Shown here: positions 10,254 to 19,411 of the stretch, piece after piece
Layout of the letters: each line of letters opens with the position of its first letter
How positions within the stretch are numbered: position 1 is the first letter of the stretch
IMG/VR virus record: IMGVR_UViG_3300049491_000383
Coordinates: 32,001-96,000 of that record
Strand: one strand, 5' to 3'
DNA: 64,000 nt
Source of the DNA: a virus
Translations under genes and position numbers: made by a program
Notes under the pieces: model-generated
What the model was told of the DNA's origin: nothing
The model's input: the letters and a program-made list of their open reading frames with translations, nothing else
Database searches by the model: none

Positions 10254-10625
10254 ATGATAAACCTTGACGATATCAAAGAAAAATTCCCCTTTCTTACCGG
10301 TCTGCGATGCCAAAACCACGAGTATATTGGTATTATCCAAAATTCTGACGATAAGATTATTAGTTTCTACGATTATGAATCGATCCGCTCTGCTGAAGAG
10401 AAATTGCTCTTTATTGAGCACGGAGAGACATGGTGGTGGGAAAGTAATCGCTTACTTCCAATTAACATTTTCTTACAAGGTCAAATGCAATCGTTTCGCT
10501 ATTGCATGAAGACAGTGGTAAACAAAGATGTGGAAATTATGTTTGGTCCTATCACGAGCCTAAACAATATCATGAAGAAACGGATTAAAAAGCGCCAGAT
10601 TCAGTTAATCAGGCGAATGGACTAA
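10254..10625 (+). CDS. Conserved phage hypothetical protein
   Basis: 123 aa with GETWWWESNRLLPINIF; CATAAATA at 10239-10246. Confidence 0.75.
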   Translation: MINLDDIKEKFPFLTGLRCQNHEYIGIIQNSDDKIISFYDYESIRSAEEKLLFIEHGETWWWESNRLLPINIFLQGQMQSFRYCMKTVVNKDVEIMFGPITSLNNIMKKRIKKRQIQLIRRMD

Positions 10626-11212
10626 TCCTTCGACATTTCCTCTATCAATAAATTAAGATTCACAACAATTGCCGAAGCATAGGCGATACCGTGAGCTCTT
10701 TTGAATTGGTAGGACTCCTCTCCCTCAACTTTTAGCCAAACTTCCTTCTTAATGCGCTCCCAGTCGTGCTGCTGTAGGTACGCCTTGGCTGGGCGCATAA
10801 TCGCCAGAATCATAGCTAAATCCTCCACAGATTGTGGCCTGTATCTAACTAGCAGATTGCTGTGATCCTTTAGATGGAATAATTGATCAGTAACTTCCTG
10901 ATACAAGAAAAAATCCCACGGCGGTTCTTTGTGCAATAAGTCTAACAGGTGCTGCTCCGACTTGATACCTTTGTACATATTCACATTCAAGAAGTCAATC
11001 TTGAAGTAACCATAATCCTTTGCAATTCTATGGTCAAGCGTTGATATATTAGTAGTAGGATCTCGCGGAATATTCTGAAAGTAAACCCCGGTATTGTGTT
11101 TCTCAACTTTACCGTCGGGACGGTCGATTCGGCCAAAAATACATTCGATACCTTTTAGTATCTCGTCTCTTCCAAAGACGTCTACGTCGACGTCGGTCGT
11201 AATCTTTTTCAT
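10622..11212 (-). CDS. Short DNA polymerase III alpha (DnaE)-like protein
   Basis: DVDVD, HNTGVY, GYFKIDFL, LAIMRP, FKRAHGIAYA match DnaE palm/finger motifs in only 196 aa. Confidence 0.75.
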   Translation of the reverse strand: MKKITTDVDVDVFGRDEILKGIECIFGRIDRPDGKVEKHNTGVYFQNIPRDPTTNISTLDHRIAKDYGYFKIDFLNVNMYKGIKSEQHLLDLLHKEPPWDFFLYQEVTDQLFHLKDHSNLLVRYRPQSVEDLAMILAIMRPAKAYLQQHDWERIKKEVWLKVEGEESYQFKRAHGIAYASAIVVNLNLLIEEMSKD

Positions 11213-11487
11213 TTCGTTAAAGGCATATAGGGACAGTAATAGAAAGAATCATCAACACTTGACTTCCCTTTGTACCCCATTACCTGAGGTGGAAGTCTTT
11301 TTGAAAACTTTAAGGTGAAGGCGGTAAAGTCTTCAAGCTCCTTGAAGAAATACATTTTGCTGGTAGAGTTGCCACCATGTGCGGCAATAGCGTAGACATC
11401 CATATTACCGTCAACAACCCAATGTGCAAATTCGGTATACGAAACATCGTAATCATTTAGGTTAATCGACATTGAGAGATCGTTCAT
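11209..11487 (-). CDS. Hypothetical protein with a capsid-like C-terminal peptide
   Basis: FFKELEDFTAFTLKF motif; C-terminal GYKG...YYCPYMPL. Confidence 0.6.
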   Translation of the reverse strand: MNDLSMSINLNDYDVSYTEFAHWVVDGNMDVYAIAAHGGNSTSKMYFFKELEDFTAFTLKFSKRLPPQVMGYKGKSSVDDSFYYCPYMPLTK

Positions 11488-11692
11488 TTTCTATCATCTC
11501 CTCTACTTTTATTTTATGCCTATTGATTCCAAATTTTAGTGTAAATGCCATAGCATCTTCCTCTGATCCAAATGAAATCTCACCTGTAATCCATTCATAA
11601 GTAATATCGCCCAATAAGCCGTATTCTTTCAGCCAAATCCCAACATCGGCTCTCATATTCTGTGGCAACTTGAAGGTTACAGGAATATTCAC
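11462..11692 (-). CDS. Hypothetical protein (F-x2-EED-x3-F-x-L-KF family)
   Basis: FGSEEDAMAFTLKF motif. Confidence 0.6.
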   Translation of the reverse strand: MNIPVTFKLPQNMRADVGIWLKEYGLLGDITYEWITGEISFGSEEDAMAFTLKFGINRHKIKVEEMIENERSLNVD

Positions 11693-12390
11693 AATCCTGC
11701 CTGTTCTAAAAGTGTCCTAATGTATTCAACATCGTCGTCGGCTTTCTTAAACTTGCGCATCCAGAAGCCCGGATCAATAACCTGCCCAATCATTTTTGCA
11801 TGGTCGTCATTGAATCTATCCATAAGTTCGCTACCTGTTGCACACAAATAGAGAACCCACGGGCTAATTCTACCAGTCTTAATAAGGTATGCCGCTTCGT
11901 TTGCAGAGATATTAGAAAAGAACTGGTTAAACTGTGAATTGTTTTTCTCAGACCAGGCCACAATTGTCGTAATAGATCGCTCCGCAGCACTTGAAGGTGG
12001 TTCGGTCTTAACAAGATTTTCAATGTAAAGTTCGTATACTGGATCTGTCGTCCATTTTGGCATTTTAAGACCACTTAGTATAACGAAATCAATATACTGT
12101 TCAATGTGTACTGGTTTCAGCAATGCTAAGTGATTTCCAAATTTTACAAAATCAATGTAATATGGACTATCAACAAAATCCTCAAATGATTTGATTTTCT
12201 TAGAGGTAGTTGTTAGTGTATAGAATCTTTGAAAAGCTCTCAGACCGAAACGCGATCCGTCTGTGTTGGCGTCTAAATGTCGACGCTTCTTAACACACAT
12301 ATGGGTCGCGAGTGTAGATTCCTTGTGAAACTTACTTCCACAGAACTTACAATCAAACTTTTGTTCCATTGCTTTCTTTTTTGCTAACAA
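11689..12390 (-). CDS. Zinc-finger-containing conserved phage protein
   Basis: CKFCGSKF...LATHMC N-terminus; GRISPWVL. Confidence 0.7.
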   Translation of the reverse strand: MLAKKKAMEQKFDCKFCGSKFHKESTLATHMCVKKRRHLDANTDGSRFGLRAFQRFYTLTTTSKKIKSFEDFVDSPYYIDFVKFGNHLALLKPVHIEQYIDFVILSGLKMPKWTTDPVYELYIENLVKTEPPSSAAERSITTIVAWSEKNNSQFNQFFSNISANEAAYLIKTGRISPWVLYLCATGSELMDRFNDDHAKMIGQVIDPGFWMRKFKKADDDVEYIRTLLEQAGL

Positions 12391-12951
12391 TCACTTTCCC
12401 TTTGTCAATAGTTCTTTGATTGTCTTATCGTCAAATCCATTATCTTTGAGAAACACTTCTAAATCCTCAGTGCTGTTAATCTGCTGGAACAATTCTAGTT
12501 CCGCACCACGTAGATTTGGAAAATATTGTAGGATAACTTCCTCAACCTTATTCTTTTTCATACCCCTTGGTGGTGCAACCCACTCATGACGCTCTGGGCG
12601 ACCTGTTCCTGCAACTGCAAGCAACATCCATTGAAGTTCTTTATGCTTTGTGAGTACCTTTGAATGTACATTGCAAATCGCATTCACATTACTCAGTTGC
12701 AGGTCAGCATCTCGTACAGTTGAGCTCATCCACCGTGTTAATGTCCAGATAGAAATGTCTTTCTTCTGTTCATCGTTGAGTCTACTATAAAACTTCTTGT
12801 CGCGTCGATCAAGCGCAGGAATAACGTCCTTAAACAAGTCGTTTTTGTATTCCTTACTTTTCTTTTCCTTAGTCTCCTCTACCTTTACAGCATCCGGATT
12901 TAATTCAAAGAACTGTTCGACCCAATTACTCAAAAAGTGCTCCAATATCAA
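12391..12951 (-). CDS. Putative clamp-loader small subunit (gp62-like)
   Basis: WTLTRWMS...NVN...HKELQWMLL...HEWV pattern resembles gp62-like proteins; replication context. Confidence 0.5.
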   Translation of the reverse strand: MILEHFLSNWVEQFFELNPDAVKVEETKEKKSKEYKNDLFKDVIPALDRRDKKFYSRLNDEQKKDISIWTLTRWMSSTVRDADLQLSNVNAICNVHSKVLTKHKELQWMLLAVAGTGRPERHEWVAPPRGMKKNKVEEVILQYFPNLRGAELELFQQINSTEDLEVFLKDNGFDDKTIKELLTKGK

Positions 12952-13429
12952 TTACATCGGGTAGTTTACTGACTTCCTTAACAAAGAGCACGCAATTCGG
13001 GATTGCCTTGTCTTCTACGGGCACTACTAGAATGTTTCCGTTCTTCAACTTAGGAAAGAACCATTTTACTTCTGCATACACGTTTGTAATATTGATTTCT
13101 TGTGGTCTCGGTACCATATGCCTTAGTGGATTGAAAACCATTGTATGAAAGCCTCTATCATTTAAGCTTGTAAGAGGCATAACTTCCATATCACTGTAAT
13201 CATCATCGCAAACCAGGATTGACCAATCTAAGGGCATTTGGACTGTATATTGTCCTATCTTTAGAACCACTGCTGGTGCATAAAAGCTTTCAAGGAAGAT
13301 TAATGGGATGAAAAAGTAATCAGGATTTTTAGGATCTGAATAATCCATTACGCAATAGCGTATATCCTCAATCTCATTTGGAATCTTATCTAAGTTATAC
13401 GCCCGATTTTCATTTGTTAAAATATTCAT
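12926..13429 (-). CDS. Conserved hypothetical protein
   Basis: 167 aa ORF in the replication operon. Confidence 0.7.
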   Translation of the reverse strand: MNILTNENRAYNLDKIPNEIEDIRYCVMDYSDPKNPDYFFIPLIFLESFYAPAVVLKIGQYTVQMPLDWSILVCDDDYSDMEVMPLTSLNDRGFHTMVFNPLRHMVPRPQEINITNVYAEVKWFFPKLKNGNILVVPVEDKAIPNCVLFVKEVSKLPDVIDIGALFE

Positions 13430-13761
13430 TATCTAAATCCTAGTTGTTCACGCCTGTATTTTTCCCAATCTTCATCTAGCTTCTTCATATCACGTTTTAC
13501 TACAGTTCTTCCAATTGAAATCATGCTAGGAGAATAACCGAGACGTATAAGATAATCAATTAACATATTTTCAAATCCAAGATGTCTAAATGACATATAG
13601 GTAATTGACAACGCTGTTTCAGAATTATCCTCATACTCCATTGTAATCAAATTCTTTGAAACTTCAGCCCTTAATGAACACTTTACGTCAAGGTTATTTG
13701 CCCTGAAGAATGTTTCTATTAGATCTAAGAAACCATATGATATAATCGAATTAATAACCAT
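13429..13761 (-). CDS. Hypothetical protein
   Basis: 110 aa, translationally coupled. Confidence 0.55.
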   Translation of the reverse strand: MVINSIISYGFLDLIETFFRANNLDVKCSLRAEVSKNLITMEYEDNSETALSITYMSFRHLGFENMLIDYLIRLGYSPSMISIGRTVVKRDMKKLDEDWEKYRREQLGFR

Positions 13762-14095
13762 AGCTTATTGTTGATGACAGTATTTTCTTTTCTATCTCGT
13801 CTCTGAAATCCTTAAATGCATCTTCTATGCTCCCATATTGCAAAGTTATCATTGTTGCAGTGTGTTTTGTATCTTCGTCATCAGGAATTTCATATACTAC
13901 ATAATTTCCCGGTGCTGCCCATTTATTGGGTTTCTTTTCATAAAATCCCAATCTTACCTTATCTAATCCACTTGAGTCTAGGAAAAATTCAAAGTGCTCA
14001 AACTCTGCCACAGATATATTTGTCCGCACAGAAGTAATCATCATTCGTTCAGTACGATACTTTAGTGATAGAGAATGGGTATTGGGCTTCAGCAT
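13751..14095 (-). CDS. Hypothetical protein (true start may be the ATG near 14045)
   Basis: ORF fills the gap between uvsW and the next gene. Confidence 0.5.
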   Translation of the reverse strand: MLKPNTHSLSLKYRTERMMITSVRTNISVAEFEHFEFFLDSSGLDKVRLGFYEKKPNKWAAPGNYVVYEIPDDEDTKHTATMITLQYGSIEDAFKDFRDEIEKKILSSTISYGY

Positions 14096-15539
14096 AAAAC
14101 TTCTTTCTCTTTGTCAAGTGCCTCTTAGAGAATTTACAATTCGAGCAAACGTCATAAACGTTTACAAAGTCCTTATCTGGCGCAACTCTAATGCCACGAC
14201 CAATACTTTGAATAACACGAACAAAACTTTTGCCTGCCTCGAATAGGACTAGGTTAAAAATACGAACGATATTTATGCCCGTAGACGCCACACCATAAGT
14301 GGCTATAATAACTTTGCCGTCAACTTCTTGAACTTCCTTGTATTCTTCTTTACGTGCTTTTGATTTCATCTTACCAGAGACGAACACCGAGTCCGGTATA
14401 AGCAATTGTAACTTTTCTCCAGTCTCAATGCGATCAACCAATATAAGTGTGTTTCCACTCTCGGCCATCTCGATAACCTTCTTGGCCAAGAACTTTAGAC
14501 GTGATTGATTTGTAGTAAGCCATTTTAGTTCAGACTGATAGTTGTCAAACTTATCACCCTTGAGTACACTGGCTGTTTGGTCTACAGGATCTTGGTCCTG
14601 CATCTGCCAAACATTCACATGAAGTTGTGCAAGTATACCCTTATCCTGAAGCTCTTTAGTGTTGATCTTACCGAGCATTGGCCCAATACATGCTATTACA
14701 GAGACTTTCTCATGCTCCTCTTCTGGCATTGTACCAGTCAATCCCCACCTTACCGGGGCGTTCTTCAAATATGTCGATAATAACTTTCTCAATACATCGG
14801 CTTTTGCTTTGTGAACCTCGTCCACCATAACGCAAACCACTCCCTTGAAGAAATCGTTTATATCGATCTCTAAATCGATTTCTTTTGAACGCTTTGCTAG
14901 GCTTTCTAGACTTTGCCATGTGCATATTGTGTGAGTCTTAAGATATTCTTTTCTGTCGCCGAAGAATACACCCACATCTAATCCTAAATTTTTATAATCG
15001 TCTTCGGTTTGTGTTACTAAATCCTTGGTGGGTACAATTACGATGCTGCGACCGTAAGGCTGAACCTTGTGGCTTAAAATCGCCGTAATTAGTGTTTTTC
15101 CCGACCCTGTAGGGGCGATGTTTACTCCAGTGAGGTTGTTGAGATAAGAGTTAATTACCTCAACTTGGTGTTCCTGAAGTTTTATAGGATCTCCTGCACG
15201 CTGATGACCCTTAGGCCAACAGATGTTGGAATAGCTGCCTTCATTCACTTCATCAAACACAAAATTATGAGTTGTGTCTCTAAGGTCTTCAATCTCAATC
15301 TCATACCCGCTCTGTTGAACGATAGGTAACAATTTATCTAATAGATTAAGATATGATCTTGCGCCTATATCACAGAAACTCAGCATGCCATCCCATCTTC
15401 CTAATTTATAGGCCGGGGTGTGTCTTGCGTACTCTAGGAAATATTTTACTGAATCAGAAAGTTTTCTACGAGTTACAACATCGAGACCCTCGAATTTTAT
15501 GTTAACTTCGTCTTGGATGATAAGTTTGGTTACTGCCAT
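14049..15539 (-). CDS. uvsW: UvsW-like SF2 DNA helicase
   Basis: APTGSGKT, DEVH, GLTGT, QSIGRGIR. Confidence 0.92.
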   Translation of the reverse strand: MAVTKLIIQDEVNIKFEGLDVVTRRKLSDSVKYFLEYARHTPAYKLGRWDGMLSFCDIGARSYLNLLDKLLPIVQQSGYEIEIEDLRDTTHNFVFDEVNEGSYSNICWPKGHQRAGDPIKLQEHQVEVINSYLNNLTGVNIAPTGSGKTLITAILSHKVQPYGRSIVIVPTKDLVTQTEDDYKNLGLDVGVFFGDRKEYLKTHTICTWQSLESLAKRSKEIDLEIDINDFFKGVVCVMVDEVHKAKADVLRKLLSTYLKNAPVRWGLTGTMPEEEHEKVSVIACIGPMLGKINTKELQDKGILAQLHVNVWQMQDQDPVDQTASVLKGDKFDNYQSELKWLTTNQSRLKFLAKKVIEMAESGNTLILVDRIETGEKLQLLIPDSVFVSGKMKSKARKEEYKEVQEVDGKVIIATYGVASTGINIVRIFNLVLFEAGKSFVRVIQSIGRGIRVAPDKDFVNVYDVCSNCKFSKRHLTKRKKFYAEAQYPFSITKVSY

Positions 15540-16000
15540 TAAATGCTCGCATCATCTAAACCTGCGACCCTAAGTTTTATGATATGTCCAGTCATGAAGT
15601 TCTTTGCTTCGAAACCCTTACTTATTCCTAAGAACTTGTTTCGTAACAGAGCCACTTCATTAACCAACATAGTTGTGTCTACAATGCTCTGCACTCCATC
15701 GACATACTTTTCAGCATCTCTGGAGCTTAGTGATTTCTGATAGGCCTCTAAGAATTTCTTAAACTCTGCCGACCGTTCTCTACGCAATTTGATGTTTAGA
15801 TATTCAAGTACAGCCTCAATCTCTTGCAACTGAGAGAAACGTTGTTCAACCAAACCGGGAAGTTCGGCCGCGTGCTTCTCTAGGGACTTACCCTTTAAGG
15901 ATAGTTCCCTTCGCGCAATCTCTAGTTCCGCTTCATAGTAATCTATGAAGCCGGTTACTTGTGAGAGATCTGAGGTTACTTTGTAATACCAACTGCTCAC
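15539..16000 (-). CDS. uvsY: UvsY-like recombination mediator
   Basis: Helical 153 aa with AEKYVDG and C-terminal IKLRVAGL; lies between uvsX and uvsW. Confidence 0.75.
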   Translation of the reverse strand: MSSWYYKVTSDLSQVTGFIDYYEAELEIARRELSLKGKSLEKHAAELPGLVEQRFSQLQEIEAVLEYLNIKLRRERSAEFKKFLEAYQKSLSSRDAEKYVDGVQSIVDTTMLVNEVALLRNKFLGISKGFEAKNFMTGHIIKLRVAGLDDASI

Positions 16001-16338
16001 AATCCATGCACTCGTTTAATAGCGATTTCCATTGCTTGAATCAGCAATACTGATTTCTGAGTTCTAGACATTAATACTCGTTTGATAGCCATAGCACGGG
16101 GAGGGACACCTAGGTCTTCTGCCAAGGCCTGATGTACCCTAGTCAGATTTGCTGGTTCAGAAATCCAGGTAACGTAGTCGGCACCCACAGTCACATCTCG
16201 CATATTTGCTTTGAACTGCTGGACTTCCGTAATGGCTTTCTGAACATCCTTGCTTTTGATTGTTTCGAGTAGTAATTCTCCAGACTCTTTAGCGGTCATC
16301 ATCGAAATCTTCTCCAAATTCTTCTTCAAGTTCACCAT
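15997..16338 (-). CDS. Hypothetical protein
   Basis: Coupled ORF; start may be the internal MMTAK. Confidence 0.6.
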   Translation of the reverse strand: MVNLKKNLEKISMMTAKESGELLLETIKSKDVQKAITEVQQFKANMRDVTVGADYVTWISEPANLTRVHQALAEDLGVPPRAMAIKRVLMSRTQKSVLLIQAMEIAIKRVHGL

Positions 16339-16549
16339 CGGACAAATGGCTTCTTGCTGCGGCGCGCATTTCCTTATCTAGATCTTCATCTAGCAAGTCA
16401 TCCTCTACAAGACCAAATTCATCAAATACCACCATAAGAATATCTGCAACTTCTAGACGTTCCTTTGGTGCAATGTGGGATTTAATTCTAGCCCACAATT
16501 CTAGTAATAGTTCGTGATTGTCGTTTACCATCTTATACCTCTTCAACAA
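16289..16549 (-). CDS. Hypothetical acidic protein
   Basis: Follows uvsX; acidic tail. Confidence 0.6.
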   Translation of the reverse strand: MLKRYKMVNDNHELLLELWARIKSHIAPKERLEVADILMVVFDEFGLVEDDLLDEDLDKEMRAAARSHLSDGELEEEFGEDFDDDR

Positions 16550-17630
16550 CTTTAATGGCTATGCCATTTTCTGGTGTATCTGGAATTACAACTTTGAAGT
16601 CATCGTCGGTAAACTCATCCATGATAACCTTCATGCTTGTTTCATCAGTCTGCCATTCTTTTCTGAACATCCTGATGACTTCACCTGTCTTCTTTGAAGT
16701 GTAGGAATAGCGATTGCCTTCCTTAATAAGCACACCCGACTTTTCAAACAAGTCAAACAAACCAGACAATGGGTTCATACCCGATTCCCATGGAATGTCA
16801 ATCTTGATTGATTCGAAAGGTTTGGAATATCTTGTCTTCACAACCTTGCATGTCGAGCGAATACCTCTTACTTCTGAGACCTTGTTTCCTTCTTCGTCTT
16901 CCTTAAGTTTCCACTTTTTCATTGCAACAATGATACTTGATGCAAACATGAAGCCCGAGCCGCCGGAGATCTTGTCATCAGGATCAAACATATCTTGCGA
17001 TGCATAAGTGTGGTTAGTTACAACCATCCCAATGTTCAAATCGCCGAACATGTTTACGCAGTTGCCGACGAATGCCTTCAGCTGCTTTGCCTTACGACCC
17101 ATGTCACCCTTCATGTCACCTGCCTGGAATTGATTAATTTCAGTTGGTGTCAAAAGCATACCTAATGAGTCAATTACGAATAGGATCTTTGGACGGTTTT
17201 CTCTTGGCAAATCAATGTAATCAGCCTTGTAGGCTGTAACAAAGTCGTGAACAATCTTTGCCACTTCATCAATCATTGATGCGCTAATACGCAGCATCTT
17301 TTCTTCACTTGTGTCTACGCCAAGGTTAATCAACCACTTTTCATCAAGCGCGTTTTCTGTGTCAATCATGACAACAAAAATGTCTTGCTCTTGTGCTGCC
17401 TTAGCAATGTTACCGGAAACGATATATGACTTGCCTGCGCCGGAATCGCCTGCAAATACTGTAACCTTACCCATAGGAATTCCACGATAGAAATTACCGC
17501 TGATAAGATAGTTAAGTCCATAGGAACCTGTACTGATCCATGTGTCTGGATCATTGAATCCTGTAGAAATACCTGTGATGTTTTTAGTTAATGATTTGCG
17601 AAATTTCGCAATATCGAATGGCTTTGCCAT
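16533..17630 (-). CDS. uvsX: UvsX RecA-like recombinase
   Basis: AGDSGAGKS, IDTENALD, VIDSLG, ISGGSG. Confidence 0.93.
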   Translation of the reverse strand: MAKPFDIAKFRKSLTKNITGISTGFNDPDTWISTGSYGLNYLISGNFYRGIPMGKVTVFAGDSGAGKSYIVSGNIAKAAQEQDIFVVMIDTENALDEKWLINLGVDTSEEKMLRISASMIDEVAKIVHDFVTAYKADYIDLPRENRPKILFVIDSLGMLLTPTEINQFQAGDMKGDMGRKAKQLKAFVGNCVNMFGDLNIGMVVTNHTYASQDMFDPDDKISGGSGFMFASSIIVAMKKWKLKEDEEGNKVSEVRGIRSTCKVVKTRYSKPFESIKIDIPWESGMNPLSGLFDLFEKSGVLIKEGNRYSYTSKKTGEVIRMFRKEWQTDETSMKVIMDEFTDDDFKVVIPDTPENGIAIKVVEEV

Positions 17631-17631
17631 A

Positions 17632-18126
17632 TTATGTCCTGTCCTCTATATAAGTTGCAATTTTTCTTGCAATTTCTGAGCTCATGTTCGACTTCAATCT
17701 ATTTGCCTCATGACTAATCATAAAAACATTTCCTTTGATATAACCGAGTTCAGGAATAACCTTATCAAACACCGCCTTAGATTTATCTTGATTTCTTTTT
17801 TCGCCGGGCTTATTGGACCAACCATAATTGAGTTTTAAACCCAAGATTGGACAAAATTCCGGTTTATCAATGTCATCTAATTCTATATCAAAAGGTATTC
17901 CCTGACTCTTAGCTTTTAATCTTAAGGAAGTAAATTGTAATCTAATGCTGTTCTCATCGGTGCGATACTTATCATAGTAGCCGGTTAGGTGTAAATCTTT
18001 TTCACATGCCAAACATGCTGATGTTTTTGTACGACGTTCTGAGAGATGCCCTCTTTTACAAGGTTTCTTTGAAGTATATGTAGGCAAATTATGCTGTAGA
18101 GCACTTCGCCTAGAAATATTGTCCAT
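17632..18126 (-). CDS. Putative HNH/His-Cys homing endonuclease
   Basis: CKRGH..CLAC N-terminus; CPILG..DKVIPELGYIKGNVFMIS..AN; AT-rich, inserted between gene 32 and uvsX. Confidence 0.7.
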   Translation of the reverse strand: MDNISRRSALQHNLPTYTSKKPCKRGHLSERRTKTSACLACEKDLHLTGYYDKYRTDENSIRLQFTSLRLKAKSQGIPFDIELDDIDKPEFCPILGLKLNYGWSNKPGEKRNQDKSKAVFDKVIPELGYIKGNVFMISHEANRLKSNMSSEIARKIATYIEDRT

Positions 18127-18169
18127 AGAAAACTAATAGGGATATTTCTATCCCTATTCCTTTTACGAT

Positions 18170-19261
18170 TTACTTGTTTCTATTGCGAAGCATCGCCAGA
18201 ATCTCTTGAGGAGACTTTTCGGCCTTTACTTCAGTTTTTGCGACTTCCGCAGCGGCAATCGGCTTTACAGCATTATACAATTTTTCAACTGGATCAGCAT
18301 CAAACGGGGGATCGTTGTCATCGGCAGCCTCAACTACTGGCTTTTCAACCTGTAGACGAGTTGTCGGGACTTGGATGCGCGCTGTTTGAACTGCTGGGGC
18401 AGGTGCCGAAGAACGTGCAACACGTTGGCGTTCGCCACCGTCTGCATCTGGTTCACCAGAGTCGAAGCCGAAAGGCTTGTAATGCTGGCTGTACTTCGAT
18501 GGGTCATACAATTCACCGTCTACCGAGTCCTGGAACATTTCGAAGATGATTGCCAACTGTTCTGCGCTTGGGCGCTTTGGAAGGTATGTTGATAGGTCAA
18601 CCAGCTTGTGCTGTTCGACTGCTGCCATCATTTCTTCTGTAACGCTTGATTCTTTACGTGCCCACTTAGAAGTACCGTAGTCAGCAAAACCACCCTTGCT
18701 TGTCTTCGAAATAACGAAGTCAACGCCGTTGATGTAATCAACAGGGCTGTGTGGACCCATTTCTGGATCAAGAAGTGCTGCCTTGATAATTGCGAAAATC
18801 TGTGGTCCGATAATGAACTTACGGATTGGATTTTCTGGAGCGTCAGTTTCGTTAAGCGGATCTTGCTTGACAAAACCTTGCATGTAATAGGTACGCTTGC
18901 ACCAATACTTGCGAGCTGTGTCTTCTAGGGACTTGTCTTTCCACCATGGGCGAACTTCATTCAAAATTGGGCAGGTCTTTGGACCATCCCACATTTCGAT
19001 ACAAGGTACTTGAACGACAACTGGCTTGTTTTCATCTTGGCCTTTGATGCCTGGGAAAGGGAGCTTGATGATTTGACGTTCTGCCCAGAAGAATGTGTTG
19101 TCCTGGTTTGCGTCTGGAAGGAATCTGACGATTGCAGATGTTCCTTCTGGCATGTTCCAATGTGCGTAAGTTGTCTTATCGCCACCACTGAAATTGCTTG
19201 GGTTCTTACGGTTCTCGAGTGCCTGTAATTTCTTACGGATTTCGTCTAGTGTTTTTGCCAT
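18170..19261 (-). CDS. 32: Single-stranded DNA-binding protein (gp32-like)
   Basis: AIVRFLP, CPI, GVDFVISK, ADYGTSKW, low-complexity C-terminal tail. Confidence 0.88.
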   Translation of the reverse strand: MAKTLDEIRKKLQALENRKNPSNFSGGDKTTYAHWNMPEGTSAIVRFLPDANQDNTFFWAERQIIKLPFPGIKGQDENKPVVVQVPCIEMWDGPKTCPILNEVRPWWKDKSLEDTARKYWCKRTYYMQGFVKQDPLNETDAPENPIRKFIIGPQIFAIIKAALLDPEMGPHSPVDYINGVDFVISKTSKGGFADYGTSKWARKESSVTEEMMAAVEQHKLVDLSTYLPKRPSAEQLAIIFEMFQDSVDGELYDPSKYSQHYKPFGFDSGEPDADGGERQRVARSSAPAPAVQTARIQVPTTRLQVEKPVVEAADDNDPPFDADPVEKLYNAVKPIAAAEVAKTEVKAEKSPQEILAMLRNRNK

Positions 19262-19375
19262 GATATTTTATTTCCTGCTTTAGTTTAAATTGAACGCTAT
19301 TATTTGAGCTGCGATCTACTCGGGCCACGTTAGTCCCTTTCGCATCATACCTGCTAAAGGTCTTCGTATGCAGCT

Positions 19376-19404
19376 AGTGTACGAAAACCTTGTGTGTTTG
19401 TCAA
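19376..19404 (-). promoter_or_regulatory. Sigma70-like promoter for gene 32
   Basis: TTGACA-17nt-TACACT. Confidence 0.65.
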
Positions 19405-19411
19405 GAACTTC

